Shown here: positions 1 through 12,689 of the stretch, piece by piece
Numbering within the stretch: position 1 is the first letter of the stretch
Layout of the letters: every line of letters begins with the position of its first letter
NCBI RefSeq assembly: GCF_004010195.1
Contig: NC_057718.1
Coordinates: forward strand, 19,734,815-19,798,814
From: Chiloscyllium plagiosum
Taxonomy: Eukaryota
Direction: 5' to 3'
Length of the DNA stretch: 64,000 nt
The notes under the pieces: generated by a model
The model's input: the letters and a program-made list of their open reading frames with translations, nothing else
The model's database searches: none
What the model was told of the DNA's origin: nothing
Translations under genes and position numbers: made by a program

Positions 1-391
1 GATGGGGTTTGGGGGGTCTGACGGGTGAGGGGGTGGTGGCAGACGGGGGTGGGGGGAATGGGCGGGGGCCCGCCTACGGTGTGCTGCTGCCTAGTCTCCT
101 GAACAGGGAGTGGATATAGCAAGTGCTCGCTGTATCAATCCCATTGAACTGATGGAGGTGGAGCGGGGTGATGTTTCAGCAATGCTGCAGGTCCATTGCA
201 GACAACTGTGTGTTGACTCAGAAACAAACCCTGAGACAGAGAGAGGGAGCAAGGCAGGCAGAGCGAGAGAAAAGGAAACTTCAGAAAACTCAACACCCCA
301 GAGGAAAGGCTCTGAATCAATTAACCGAATAATCAATTATCAGAACGAAATAGTGCCCACCCATCTTGTTCGGTTAATCGAGGTGCCTCTG
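1..391. mobile_element. Right end of a non-autonomous Tc1/mariner (pogo/Tigger-like) DNA transposon
   Basis: Ends ...gttcggttaatcgaggtgcctctg followed by TA. The reverse complement CAGAGGCACCTCGATTAACCGAAC resembles pogo/Tigger TIRs. The partner TIR is outside the window. Confidence 0.6.
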
Positions 392-496
392 TACAGTGAA
401 ATCTTTTGCAAATAACATGATCTGCAAAACCTCTGTGAAATATGTGAGCTTCACAACCATCACCTCCACTTTAAAGAAACATTTAAAGGCAAACAG

Positions 497-800
497 AAGA
501 AACAAGAGTCAGAGTAGACCACATGGTCCCTCAAGCTTGCTCTGCCATTCGATGCGATCATGACTGATCATTAGTCTTAACCCCAACTTCCTGCCCACTC
601 TTTGTATCCCCCGATACCAAAAATCTGTCTCAGTCTTAAATATATTCAACAAGAGTGTCTATCATCCTCTGGGATAGAGAATTCCAAAGAATCACAAAAC
701 TTCTAGTGAAAAATGTTACCCTCACCTTAGTTTTAAATGATCAGCCTTTACCTTGAGATTGTGCCCCTGCGTTCAAAGTTCCTCAATCAGGAGAAACAAT
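497..800 (-). mobile_element. CR1 LINE 3' end fragment
   Basis: Similar to other CR1 3' ends in the window (25735-26060, 14530-14845). Confidence 0.7.
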
Positions 801-935
801 TGCTCAGCGGGAGAAAGCACTAGTAACTGAACAGGTGACATGCCATGGATCGCTCCTTTTCACTGAAAACTTAGCATTCACTTGACCGTAAGATCAGAAA
901 TCAAAATCCAGAAATAATTTAAAACAAGAGCTCAC

Positions 936-1101
936 CTGAACATCTCTGTACTTGTCTTTCAAATCCATGAGTCGATGGTATGCCTTAATGCCATCGCCAA
1001 ATTCACCAACATCAATGCAGGTAAGTAAGTAGTTCTCCCAGATCTGCCAGTGCTCATAATTACATTTAATGGCTTCTTGGAGAGTTCGCAATGCTTTGCT
1101 T
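936..1101 (-). CDS. TTC27: TTC27 coding exon (about exon 16), 166 nt, phase 2-0
   Basis: Acceptor attacatag, donor CAG|gtgagc. Translates (K)[55 protein letters not shown]. Confidence 0.96.
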
Positions 1102-1240
1102 CTATGTAATATGGAATTATATAACAGATCAGACATACTTCCTTCATCTTAAGAGTTTTTTGCATTTTATGCTTGCATTGAGTTTGACTGACCAAAGTAA
1201 GGCAAAATACTTTCCCTGCATCTATTAACTCTTAAACAGT

Positions 1241-1408
1241 GTTAAAAATCACACAACACCAGGTTATACTCCAATAGGTTTAATTGGAAGCACACTAGCT
1301 TTCGGAGCGACACTCCTTCACCAGGTGATTGTGGAGCGCCGCTGCGAAAGCTAGTGTGCTTCCAATTAAACCTGTTGGACTATAACCTGGTGTTGTGCGA
1401 TTTTTAAC
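1241..1408. mobile_element. Fold-back Penelope-like terminal element with hammerhead motif
   Basis: Arms gttaaaaatcacacaacaccagg... and ...cctggtgttgtgcgatttttaac are near-perfect inverted repeats. The minus strand of 1296-1324 reads CTGGTGA-AGGAG-TGTCG-CTCC-GAAAG-CTA. Confidence 0.75.
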
Positions 1409-1753
1409 TCTACAAAGGAAGACTTATCTATTCTTTGCAAATGAAAATAAAAAATCTTTCTCTCTTTTAAGTCAAGTACATTCCAAGAATACAATAGCAC
1501 AAATTTTGATATGGTTTTGTACCACAAGAACATGCCCTCAAGTTTCAATGCTGCAATTGAGACAAAATATCTTAATCGTTTCATCAAGCAACAGGTTCAA
1601 TGGTTTCTGGCTCTGATATTCAATGTAGTTCTACTGTATTGAAACATTACTGTAGAATAGGGATCAGTCTATTAAACAACTTTGTGCGTGCTTATACCAA
1701 TTGTTTCAAAATAATAAACCTAAGCGATGCACTAACAAAGCAGCCCTATTTAT

Positions 1754-1866
1754 CAGGTCAGGCAGCATCAGAGGAGCAGGAACATCAATGTTTCGAGCAA
1801 AAGCCCTTCATCAGCTCCTCGGATGCTGCCTGACCTGCTGTGCTTTTCCAGCACCACTCTAATCTC
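1754..1866. mobile_element. Short fold-back PLE end with minus-strand hammerhead core
   Basis: caggtcaggcagcatc...gatgctgcctgacctg inverted arms. Minus strand 1790-1814 reads CTGATGAAGGGCTTTTGCTCGAAAC. Confidence 0.75.
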
Positions 1867-1867
1867 G

Positions 1868-2184
1868 TCAACTGGGACAACACATCTATCCTGGAACAGG
1901 ATAAGCAAAGACATGCCAGAGAATTCCTAGAGGCCTGGCACTCCAACCACAACGCCATAAACAAACTCATAGATCTAGATGCCATCTATCAACCCCTCAG
2001 AAAATGAACAGGAAATGACATCACCACAAAGCCCAGGAACCCCATCCAGGAGAAAGATATAAATAGAAAGCAGGAGACAACAGCTTCGCTTCACTTGGAG
2101 GTCGCCACTGATGATGTTACCTAGCCAGGTAATGAAACATCTGAATATCAAACCTACAGCTCAGCGAGCAAACCTACACCCTAA
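1868..2184 (+). mobile_element. 3' end of a Penelope/Poseidon-type PLE (endonuclease C-terminus, 3' UTR, hammerhead)
   Basis: 1870-2007 translates NWDNTSILEQDKQRHAREFLEAWHSNHNAINKLIDLDAIYQPLRK*, like the C-terminus of PLE GIY-YIG endonucleases (WD..IL...RE.LEAW...IN). Hammerhead core at 2108-2141. Confidence 0.8.
2108..2141 (+). ncRNA. Minimal type I hammerhead ribozyme motif (PLE-associated, partly decayed)
   Basis: CTGATGA-t-GTTACCT-agcc-AGGTAAT-GAAAC-ATC, with flanking ca/tg able to start stem I. Confidence 0.7.
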
Positions 2185-2313
2185 TCCTGTATGCTCTTAA
2201 ATAATCAAAAAGGGTCAGAAGTATAAAATATATTTTAAAATGGTCAGAATTCCTTTATTGGTCAAACCGATATTTTCTAGTCGCATAATAACAGGTACAC
2301 GTATGCAACTTAC

Positions 2314-2366
2314 TTTTCCTTTAATCGGATATATGCTGTTGATAAGTTGTTCCAAGCTTCTGCATT
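2314..2366 (-). CDS. TTC27: TTC27 coding exon (about exon 15), 53 nt, phase 0-2
   Basis: Acceptor gttctttcag, donor AA|gtaagt. Translates NAEAWNNLSTAYIRLKE(K); the phase fits the next exon. Confidence 0.95.
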
Positions 2367-2460
2367 CTGAAAGAACAGAAACATGTACAATGAATCCATA
2401 CCTTCAACTGGAGATAAATCAAATGTAATTATTTTATTTCTGCACAATTACAATAGTTAA

Positions 2461-2615
2461 GATGTGGCGGTGCCAGTGTTGGACTGGGGTGGACAAAGTC
2501 CGAAGTCACACGACATCAGGTTTCGAAAGCTTCATGTGATGAAGGAGCAGCGCTCCAAAAGCTTGTGATTCCAAACAAACCTGTTGGACCTAGTGTTGTA
2601 TGACTTCTGACTTTA
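2461..2615. mobile_element. Older fold-back PLE end related to 1241-1408
   Basis: gaagtcacacgacatcagg...ctagtgttgtatgacttc inverted arms, with a decayed core tgatgaaggagcagcgctccaaaagc. Confidence 0.6.
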
Positions 2616-4099
2616 AAATATTTAAGAGAAGCTGTTGGATCTAAATTTCTAACAGCTCGAGGTTCACACGATGGCTGACAAGTTGGATCATGTTACTGCT
2701 TTTTAAAACTGTTCTTTGCAAGGTGTAAACGGTCATCCTTGGCCATATTTCTCATGATACCTCCTTACCAATTCTTTCAAGCTCTCTGATATCAAAGATT
2801 CAGGTGAAATACCTGTAGGAGGAACATTTGAAGGGGAGCATCGGAAAGGCAAAGGTGTAGAACCAGCTCATTCAAAAAGCCAGCATAGACGCAATGGGCC
2901 AAATTATTTCTCGTATGATTCCTTCAAATTGATCCATCATCAATATGGCATTAATTATTCAGAGCCCAGATTGGAACAACAGCTACAACAATCAAACTGT
3001 GTCAAAATTCTGTTAAACCAAGAATAAAAGAAAATTAGAGGTACACTGCGAGACCATGTTAAATCTGATGGTTAGGTCATTTTAAACGTTTCTTGGATCC
3101 CTGGCAGCTGCAGTTTTCAAAATCATTTGTACTTCATTATAAAGGAAAAGCTGGAAATATAAATGGTCTAAAAGTTGGCGCTTTATGGAAGCTAACTGAA
3201 TGTTCTAGTTAAGATGTACACCACATGGGGCATATAATGTTCCATTCCACGCAATTTTCTCTGTAATTGCTCACATGATCTCTAATTTCATATTTGTCAT
3301 ACTGAGGAATGTCAGTAATGGGACCATTCTCTTATTTTTGGTGCCCATTGTTTGTATTGAGCATTTCTACAGCATGGAACACTTGCTCAGTAAAACTATT
3401 AGAACTCAAAACAGCCAAATGAGGGATAGCATATTGGATTCTAGTCTTTTTACACGGACAAATGTCACCAATAGACACATAATACATCTTGTGTACATCC
3501 AACCACCACACCATCTTTTAGCCTGATCATATATATTTACACAGGTGAGTTTCCAAACAAGACCCACCACTGAACAGCCAACGACCTAATACAATGACTG
3601 CTGTTTGCCCATCAATGTGACTAGGATTGCCCATCAATGTGACCAGTGAGCAAGAGCAGCAGTCCCTGTTGTGAATTTTTCCACATTTGATTGACCAGAA
3701 CATATTCTTCTCTATTGACTAGGAACTGAATAAAGATTATTAAAATCACTGAGCCAAACATTTTTACCTCCGTGAAAGTGACTGATAGATAGAATAACAT
3801 AGTCACCCACTTCAAAATTCCAAACTCAAATATATGTCAATCACCCAATTCTCCACTTGTAAAATCTTGATGTATAGTTCTGGACTAGTCTATGAATCAG
3901 CTCTCCCAAGTTTGGCACATATTCTCAGATGTTAGTGAGAAGTACATTGTGGGGTTGACTGTGCTGAGTCCCTTGGTTGACCATCAGTGGTCCTGGTACA
4001 TTTTGCTTTAATTCCATATGTATTCAAATTGAGATGTGTTCTTTTAATAAATGCTTTTTAAACATGTGTCTGAACTTCCATTTTGAAGATGTGAGTGAA

Positions 4100-4425
4100 G
4101 AAGGCGAACAGCCAAGGTCTTTTCCCCAGGGTAAGGGAGTGTTAAACTAGAGGTTGAGGGGGGAAAGATTTAAAAGGCACCTAAGGGGCAACGTTTTCAG
4201 GCAGAAAGTGGTGCATGTATGGAACAAACTGCCAGAGGAAGTGGAGGAGGCTGGTACAAATACAACATTTGAAAGGTATCTGGATGGATATATGAATAGG
4301 AAAGGTTTGAGGGATATGGGCTAAATGCTGGCAAATGGGACTAGATTAGGTTAGGGTATCTGGCCACATGGATGAGTTGGACCAAAGGGTCTGCTTCTGT
4401 GCTGTACATCTCTATGACTATGACA
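4100..4425 (+). mobile_element. CR1 LINE 3' end
   Basis: Same 3' end as 32230-32540, finishing ...catctctatgactatga. Confidence 0.8.
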
Positions 4426-4794
4426 ACAGGTATATTAGAGTTTGTGCCATCATTCAGGCTCGAAAATATATTGCAATTCCTTCAACACCAGTGGGTCACA
4501 ATCCTAGAATCCCCTCCTCACCATATTTGTGGATGTACCTACACTACATGAACTACACTTGTTCAAGGTGGGTCTTTACCTTTCAAGGATAACTGGGAAT
4601 GGGAAATAGATGCTGGTCCAGCCAGTGACACCTACAGCCCAAATAAGAAAATAAACAAACTGTGTGAAGGCTACACCCAGTTTATAGCTCAAAGTTCAAA
4701 CAAAGGAATATCAAGAAGCTCTCTCACAATTAAATATATCTCCAATCATAGGATTCTGCAAAGATATAAGATCAGTCTCACAAAGATTGTTTCC

Positions 4795-5746
4795 TGTCAT
4801 GCGTTTATTCTACACAAAATATACTCAACTACCTGACATCAAAACAGCAAATCTCAGACTTCTTTCTGTAGCACAGCAAGTGAAATTAAGTGTTTCTGCC
4901 AACTGTGTCCTTGATGATCAACCACCTGGACAGACATCAACAGATCTCTGAAGCGGCTGTGACACAAAAAGTAAATTACATGATTTCTAGGCCCACTGAA
5001 AAATTCGGCCTGCAACAAATAGCTGATTGACAACTGGTCACCGTCCTGAGACCAATGACAAAGGCCTTCTGCCTGCTAACAATGATGTGTTTGGCTCCCA
5101 GATAGATGAACAACTTGTGGATGTAAACAGTATGGTCAGAAGGCCTATGACCTCTGGAAAGATAGGTGGTGTCAATTTCCCACAGTAAAAAATACTTAAG
5201 GCCTGAAGAATGCCAGTGTATTTCTCCTTACCAGTTGCAGTAAGCTGTTGCTTTCAACCAGTAAGCCAGAGACTTCATAAGCTGTGTATCAGTCACTCTA
5301 TACCTATTGTAAGCAAAGTTCGTGGAGAACAGAGATTGAGAAGCAGAAATCTCTGACAAGCCAAAAGGATCATATCAGTGAACCTTGAGGACAGGACCAT
5401 TTAACTGTCTTCCCAGCCTTTCCCTCCATCCATAACATATTTTACATCTGTCTGTGTTTGTGTGTGTGCATGTGTTGGGGAGTTTTAGAAGGGGTTCAGA
5501 GTTTTAACTGGTACAGTTATACACTGACAGTTCATAATTTTTTACCTGTTAGTAGAATATATTTCTTTGTAATAAACAGTAATTCTTGATAAGTTCAGAA
5601 ACTTGGTCTGTGCTTTCTGGCAACCTGAGTCTAAAAGCAGTTAAATCAGAGAATTTCACATACTTTTATAAAATGTTTAACTTTTGCGATGACGCCAGGA
5701 ATAATGGGTCTTGATTTCCAGTGTATTACCCCAATAAGGCATGACA
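4795..5746 (+). mobile_element. Probable solo LTR (left boundary uncertain, 4795 or 4958)
   Basis: Starts TGTCATGC and ends GCATGACA (8-bp inverted termini, TG..CA). AATAAA near 5570. No clear TSD. Confidence 0.45.
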
Positions 5747-7364
5747 AATTAAGTGAGGACGGAAAGAGCTTTGAATTGGTGGATCTACAAAAAGCGCAAG
5801 ATTTCACAGCATTTCAACAAATATAAATAATTTGGAGAGACATTAAGTGGAAAGAGCTGGCTTTGCACATCTTCCTTCAACAAAAATCTTTTGATATTTT
5901 TAAAATAAGAAATTGCTTGTGACGGTGGCAATGATAAATCTGTAGGAGCTCCGGGCTTAGTGTAAGCTAACGGACTGTTCCCATTAAATTGTACAAGTGG
6001 CTATGAGCCATCAAAATGCCAAATCAAAATATTTACAGAAATATAAAGTGCAAATGCATTTCATAGAATCCCTTTGGGACAGTTTTAGCCACATGTATAT
6101 ACTATTCAGAATGATTTGCAATTCTATTACACATCAATGGGTGATGAATTAAAACACTTTATGTGCTTGCCTCTAAATCATTATCATGGTGGTAGTTTAT
6201 TTAAGTAACATGCAGTCAAAGTTAAAAAACACTTTCAGCTGCTCCCTCTTCCCTGGTTATGTGAATACTAAGCATACATTATAAGCTACACAACTGCTGG
6301 GCATTTAAGTCTAGTCACCAGACTACATCCATTAATTATATTCGCTTTAACTGCTTTTTCAGATTATGAAACTAACGTTACTTTAAATCTCACGAAACAC
6401 TGCAGGCTCAAAGATGTGCTCGGGTTCTTAGCTCCAAGCACTTTCGATGCCAAACGGAGTAGTTATATTATGCAGATATTATCCCATATTATTCAGAAAA
6501 AGTATTCAAAAATAAATCCAGATACATTTGCACTATAACACAGAAGTACTGAATCAGCACCAACCTGAAAATAGCGTTATAGGTAAAATGTACATCAATT
6601 AAGGTGTTGATTGTATTTAGATGGTGGCTATAACTAGGGACTCACCAGTTTGTGTTATGGAAGCAGACTTAAAGGGGGACAGTTGGTTGGAGGTACTTAA
6701 TAAGTATATGGCCTCTCAGTAAATAAAAGCTTCTAAGAGTCTCAAGACCAGTTTTGGTAAAAGGCCACAGACCTGAAAAAGTCAACGCTGTATCTCTGCT
6801 GCCAGACTTGCTGAGTTTCTCCAGCATTTTCTATTTTTATTATCTGGAGTCTTGTCTGTGTTTATTATTGTATAAATAATAAGCCTCAGTTTCTGTCTTC
6901 CGATGCCTGGTTAGCTGAGTTTTAATATTGTCTTCTTCACATCCACAGAGATCAAACATTTTCAATATTTGGGTAAGTGAAATTCTGTCTCTCATGTCAA
7001 ACTTGATTATTATTCAAACATCAAACAGTATTCTTTAAGCCTCTGTGAAAAGCCAGAATTTTTTTCTTCAATAAAGGATCTCCACAAATGCCTTCCATAT
7101 ATAATGGAGGCTCTTTGCTGAGTTACGGTGCTATGCTACATAAAGTGGGCAAGTGATTTGCCTCTTATGATGATAATTACCTCCTTAACAGAGAAGCAGT
7201 GCACAATCTGAAAAATACAGATGCGTGCTAAAACAGATGCCCACCTGGACATTTCAGCCAGGCTACACTTCAGGCAAATGAAAGGAAAGTGGCTCTTATA
7301 CCACAATTGTTGCCTTGAAAGTTATTTCTGTACTGAGACCGGGTCCTTGCTGTATGGTACTTAC

Positions 7365-7463
7365 ATCAGGTTCCAGCATCACACATCTTTGAAATGCTTT
7401 TGCAGCACCTTCGAAGTTTTCCAATCCCAGATATGCACAGCCCAAAGAAAACCAAACTCCAAG
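7365..7463 (-). CDS. TTC27: TTC27 coding exon (about exon 14), 99 nt, TPR
   Basis: Acceptor ttttgtacag, donor GAT|gtaagt. Translates [33 protein letters not shown], a typical TPR helix pair. Confidence 0.96.
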
Positions 7464-8160
7464 CTGTACAAAATATAGAAGGCACATTTGAATGTTTTGA
7501 TAGCTATTAACTCCATTAGCAAGTAAAAAAAAATCTTTATTCCTTATAATCGACACCACAGTGATAGAAATAGAACTCCCCATAATTGTCAACATTGAGT
7601 TTTACTATAGATTTTAAACTTTTAATCAAATGGTAACTTCCAGTGAATCTAACTTAGACTCAGTGCCAAAACAAATGCAGGACTGTACAGTTTAATGATG
7701 GAGTACCCAATCGGATCTAACACTTCACCCTGCCTTAGCATGACACGCATGTGGATAAACCAATCAATAGCTTCAAAAGGGCAAGCTTTATTGTTACTGT
7801 GTCTATGCAGCTCATCGATTTTAAGCAATGAAGCAGGCAGCCCCAAAGTTGAACCTTTGCAGAGGTTCCCACAAGGCAAAATTTGTCTAACTGTCACAGT
7901 CACAGACTGTGTGGCCCCAATTGCACTGTTGTCCCTGTGGAGACCAATTAACACAGCAAACATCAAATACTGAACTTAGATGTTTTCTGATGTGTTAAAC
8001 ACCATACAATACATTTAGCATTTGCCAACTAAGATTTAAGGTATGTGATCATTATAAATTAAAATAATTTATTTCAGAGTTTCAATATTGAACTAAAAAC
8101 ATGACTTTCTAAACTGCGAGAGAGCATGTTGGAGGAGTGACAGTGGAACTTTGTTCACAT

Positions 8161-8761
8161 TGTGACAGATTTATGATCGGACACAGTCAACATTGAGAAT
8201 CTTGCTTTCAGTTGAAAAGAATGAGGGTTTTTTTGGCTTAGGGAAAACTCACAACTTGGAAAGCTTTTGGTTTCAGTTTACAGATGTCCTGGTTGAAATT
8301 AGATGGAGGAACAGTTGCTCCTATAAAAGAGCTCTCTCAGTGTCAGGGTTTCAATTTAAAATTCCAGACCAAAAGTGTTTGGTTAGAACAGAGCAGATAA
8401 TTAAGGAAGACACTATTAAACTCTCAAGATCAGGAATTGGAAAAACTAGCCAAGTTAAACCCATGGTTGTGATAGAGGGGCAAATTTCTATGCTACTTGA
8501 GTATCACAAAGTGATGCTTTGGGGGTAAATGGGAGTGTATTTTTATCATGTGTTTCAAAATTTTTCAAATTATATGTGAATAGTTTGTTTATTCCACGTT
8601 TCTTCATTTCGCTTGCATAATAAACTTGTATTTTATTGTGAAAAACAAATCTGTAGCTTGTATTTCAGTGAGATTCATGAAATAAGAAAAAAAAGATCTG
8701 TCAAGCCAGTTTTCAGTCTAGGATCTGAGCTGTCCAATTGTAAAATCAGCAGGGATCATAA
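8161..8761 (+). mobile_element. Probable solo LTR
   Basis: Begins TGTGACA and has AATAAA near 8618. Its 3' end gatctgtcaagccag...gggatcataa resembles the reverse complement of 30042-30110. Confidence 0.5.
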
Positions 8762-8807
8762 GGCTACCAAATTACTGGAAAAGCATCTTCAGAAACTGAA
8801 TCTTCAG

Positions 8808-9962
8808 TCATAGAGTCACAGAGATAGAAACAGACCCTTTGGTCCAACTCGTCCATGCTGATCAGATATCCTAACCTATCCCATATCCCTCCCTTTCCTA
8901 TTCATATACCCATCCAGATGCCATTTTAATGTTGCAACTATACCAGCTTCCACCACTTCCTCTGGCAGTTCATACCATACAGGCACATCCTCTGCATGAA
9001 AAAGTTGCCCCTTAGGTCCCTTTTATATCTTTCCCCTCTCACCCTAAACCTATGCCCTCTAGTTCTGGACTCCCACACCCCAAGGGAAAGACCTTGTGTA
9101 TTTATCCTATCCATGCTCAAGATTTTATAAACCTCTATAAGGTCACCCCTCAGCCTCCGATGCTCCAGGGAAAACAGCCCCAGCCTATTCAGCCTCTTGC
9201 TGTCGCTCAAATCCGCCAACCCTGGCAACATGTAAATCTTTTCCGAACCCTTTCACGTCATCCTTCCGATGTGAAGGAGACCTGAACTGCATGCAATATT
9301 CCAACAGTGGCCTAACCAATGTCTTGTACAGCCAAAGCATGACCTCCCAACTCCTATACTCAATGCTCTGACCAATAAAGGAAAGCATATCAAACGCCTT
9401 CTTCACTATCCTATCTAGGAGCTATGAATCTGCACTCCAAGGTCTCTTTGTTCAGCAACTCTCCCTAGGACCTTACCATTAAGCGTATATCTGATAAGAT
9501 TTGCTTTTCCAAAATGCAGCATCTCGCATTTATCTAAATTAAACTTCATCTGCCCCTCCTCAGCCCACTGGCCCATCTGATCAAGATCTTGCTGTAATCT
9601 GAGGTAACCTTCTTCACTGTCCACTACACCTCCAAATTTGGTATCATCTGCAAACTTACTAACTATACCCCCTACTTTCACATCCAAATCATTTATATAA
9701 ATGATGAGAAACAGTGGACCCAGCACCTTTCCTTGTGGCATTCCACTGGTCTCAGGCCTCCAGTCTGAAAAACAATCCTCCACCACCACACTCTGTCTTC
9801 TACCTTCAAGCCAGTTCTGTATCCAAATGGCTAATTCCATGATATCTAACCTTGCTAACCAGTCTCCCGGGGGAACCTTGTCAAATGCCTTATTGAAGTC
9901 CATGTAGGTCACACCCACTGCTCTGCCCTCATCAGTCCTCTTTGTTTCTTCTTCAAAAAAAC
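8808..9962 (-). mobile_element. CR1 LINE, 5'-truncated, decayed RT
   Basis: ORFs 9415..9918 (YMDFNKAFDKVP, GMPQGKVLGP, SKFADDTK), 9185..9406 and 8938..9231 are frameshifted CR1 ORF2 segments. Confidence 0.92.
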
Positions 9963-10360
9963 TCCATACCTTTGTACTCCCAGGCTTGATTATTTGAATG
10001 CTTTTCTGGCCAACCTCATAACTCCTATACTCTGTAAAGTTAATTCACCCAAAGTCCTGCAGCTCATATCCTAACTTTCATCAAATCCTGTTCATGCATC
10101 ACATATTCACTGATTAATATCGTTCCTGAGTCAGCAGTTTCTCAATTAAAATTTTCATCCTCATTTTCATATCATTCCATTGCTTTACTCCACCTTATTT
10201 CTATGATAACCTCCAGACCAAAATGATAACTGGATTTCTCCATTTCTGGTCTGTGGTCCAGCCTCAATTTTAATTGCCCCACCAGTGGAAGTCATGCCCT
10301 CTCTTGGACCTAAGTTTTGGAATTCCCTCCCTTAATGTGTTAAGCTTTGCTCATTAACAC
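9963..10360 (+). mobile_element. L2-clade LINE remnant
   Basis: aggcttgattatttgaatgcttttctggcc reads RLDYLNAFLA, like the L2 RLDYCN.LL.G motif. Confidence 0.55.
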
Positions 10361-11029
10361 TTCCAAGAAACACCTTGGGATATTTCTGGAACATGTTCAC
10401 AAAAGTTTTTAAAAGCATCAAAGGCATGGGGAGAAGGCAAGAATATGGTACTGAGATATAGGATCAGTCATAAGGAGCAGATTTGAAGGGCTGAATAGTC
10501 TACCCCTGCTCTTAGTGTCTGTGTTTCACTACAGTGAAGATGCTACAGAAATGCAAGCTATGACTTTTTTTTAAAATGAAAAACAGAGAGGGGAATAATC
10601 TTGTAAATAGCATTTCATCAATGACAGCACCCATTTTACCCTCAGCTGATTTCAACCACAGCATGAACAGCATTTTGAGATCTATCAGTTATTTATGTTA
10701 CCCCTAGAGACAGACAAGATCCATGCTACATTAACTACCATGAAAACAGCAACAAGCCAAAGGATGGGACTTTGCAACGTAGCCTGTCAGACAGCCAAAA
10801 CAGAAGAACGTAACAATTTTTTTTCCAAATATTGCATTTACCACATTTTTGTTTACAGCTCCACAGCGTCCAGGCCACAAGTCTGCTACGGATATTTCAA
10901 CCATCTGGATGCAATGGGTTGAAGGAACAGAATAATAGTTGACAAATGTGGATTTGGCCACAAATGAATAAAACCATGCTGAAATCAACTTCATTTTAAA
11001 CATCAAGGATGAAAAAAGATTTCCACTTG

Positions 11030-11980
11030 TTCCTTGAATGGAGGATGGTGTTTACTCAGGGCTGCGAGTTTCTGCCATGAGTCTTCATGTGTCTGAAGAT
11101 GATTATTTTTAGTCTCTGGATCTTTGGGCACATGGGGTGGGATATTCCACAATGCAGTTGCGAGACCAAAGTTCAGGATTTACTCCCTTTTTATAAGCTC
11201 CTTCAAGCATTAATGTTAATTTTGCCATGCTTCAAGGAGAGCATCAGAGTGACTGAAGCTTTCTTTTCAGTCCTCCCCTTGAACTTTGGTCTTTTAAAAC
11301 CTTAAAGAATAGGACTTGGCTGGGGAGACTGTGTTTGGTCACCTGGACTCATCTAAGTTGATTTTGCAGGAGTTTTGTGGAACTATTCCTAAGATATATA
11401 CTGGTGTTTGTTTGATGGCCCTTCTATTGAACCAGAGGATGCAATGGAAGCATGCCAGATGGAATTTCTCGAGTACTGTTAAATTTCAGTGATACACGGT
11501 CCAGGTCTCACTGTAGTAAGGGAGTATGAACATGACAACTGCTTTGTACACTAGGACTTCTGTTGATCTGCAATGGTCTTTGTTGTCAAATACTCACCGC
11601 CATTGTTTATAGAAGACTGAGCCGGCACAGTGTGGATCTCACACTTGACATTTTGAAAAGATGGCTGCCATGGTGTGGGAAGTGCTCAACAAAACCCAGG
11701 GTCTAACCTTCAAACATACATGGAAGGTAGAGTGCTGGCCGATCAGGTATAGGTAGACATTTAAGATGTGTTCTAATTACATTGAAGGACTTTTTTTTAT
11801 TGTATGCAAAAGTGAAGAGATCAAAAGTGGCTTGCAAATCTGGTGCAAAGTGGGCAGGAACATGACAGTATATCTATAATGGTCAGTTTAGTTTTGGAAT
11901 GAACTGAAGTTAAAAGTCGCTCATCTATCCAACTATTCAGTAGCAAATTTGTCTACAGTACTGGAAATCCAAGGCACACC
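11030..11980 (-). mobile_element. RTE-clade LINE remnant
   Basis: Minus strand near 11600-11420 translates VFDNKDHCRSTEVLVYKAVVMFILPYYSETWTVYH*NLTVLEKFHLACFHCIL, matching the RTE motif TK..VYKAVV...LLY.SETWT.Y...L.LE.FH..CL..IL. Confidence 0.75.
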
Positions 11981-12689
11981 GCTGCAGCTGGCAAGGGACT
12001 CGTCTAAGCCAAGGGAAAGAATTACTTGGATTGTACAAAAAAAAAGGTCTTTTTACAATTCACTGACAAGACTTTCAAACACTAGCTAGGTTGACAGAGC
12101 TAAGCAAATTGTTCTTTGCTTACTGTACTCTATCCTGTGCAATCATTTTTAATGAAACTAAAAGCCAAGCTTTTTGTTCAAAACCAGCAGACTCTGTGAT
12201 TAATGTTTAAGCATTACAAAAGGTTTGGTTAATTTTGACTGACAGTGAGGTGATATCAAACAGACGCTATTTACCTTATGGCAGACTAGTCACAAGACTT
12301 TGTCTCAGATCATTTTACTCTTTCTCCCACTCAGGAGGGCTGAGAACAGTCAACACTCTCTCACAAGGGAGCCACAGTTAAGCTTTCCAGCAGACAAAGA
12401 ATTAAAAACTAATTGCACATCAATTTAACATTAAGATCAGTTTAAAATAGAGCAGACACATAGGGAAGTGCTGCAGCAATGAAGGCTTTTAATTCAAATG
12501 TTGACTTCCAATTTTCTTTTGTGGATTGCCCTGCATTGTCGGAAAATATATTCCACATCCTGTAATGCGCAGAGAATAGTTGCAAAGGCTCAAGATAAAA
12601 AAAACAGATCAGTGAAAGATATTGCACATAAAGCAAAGAATACACAGTGAAATTGACAGAAAATTTCAGGAAAGTTGAAGTTACAACTT

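Noticed and set aside
3605..3643. 17-bp direct repeat ttgcccatcaatgtgac with period 22
   Set aside because: Only two copies, consistent with an ordinary local duplication.
7649..7973. Overlapping ORFs of 105 and 92 aa, and similar short ORFs elsewhere
   Set aside because: No recognisable domain or splice context, and the lengths are expected by chance.
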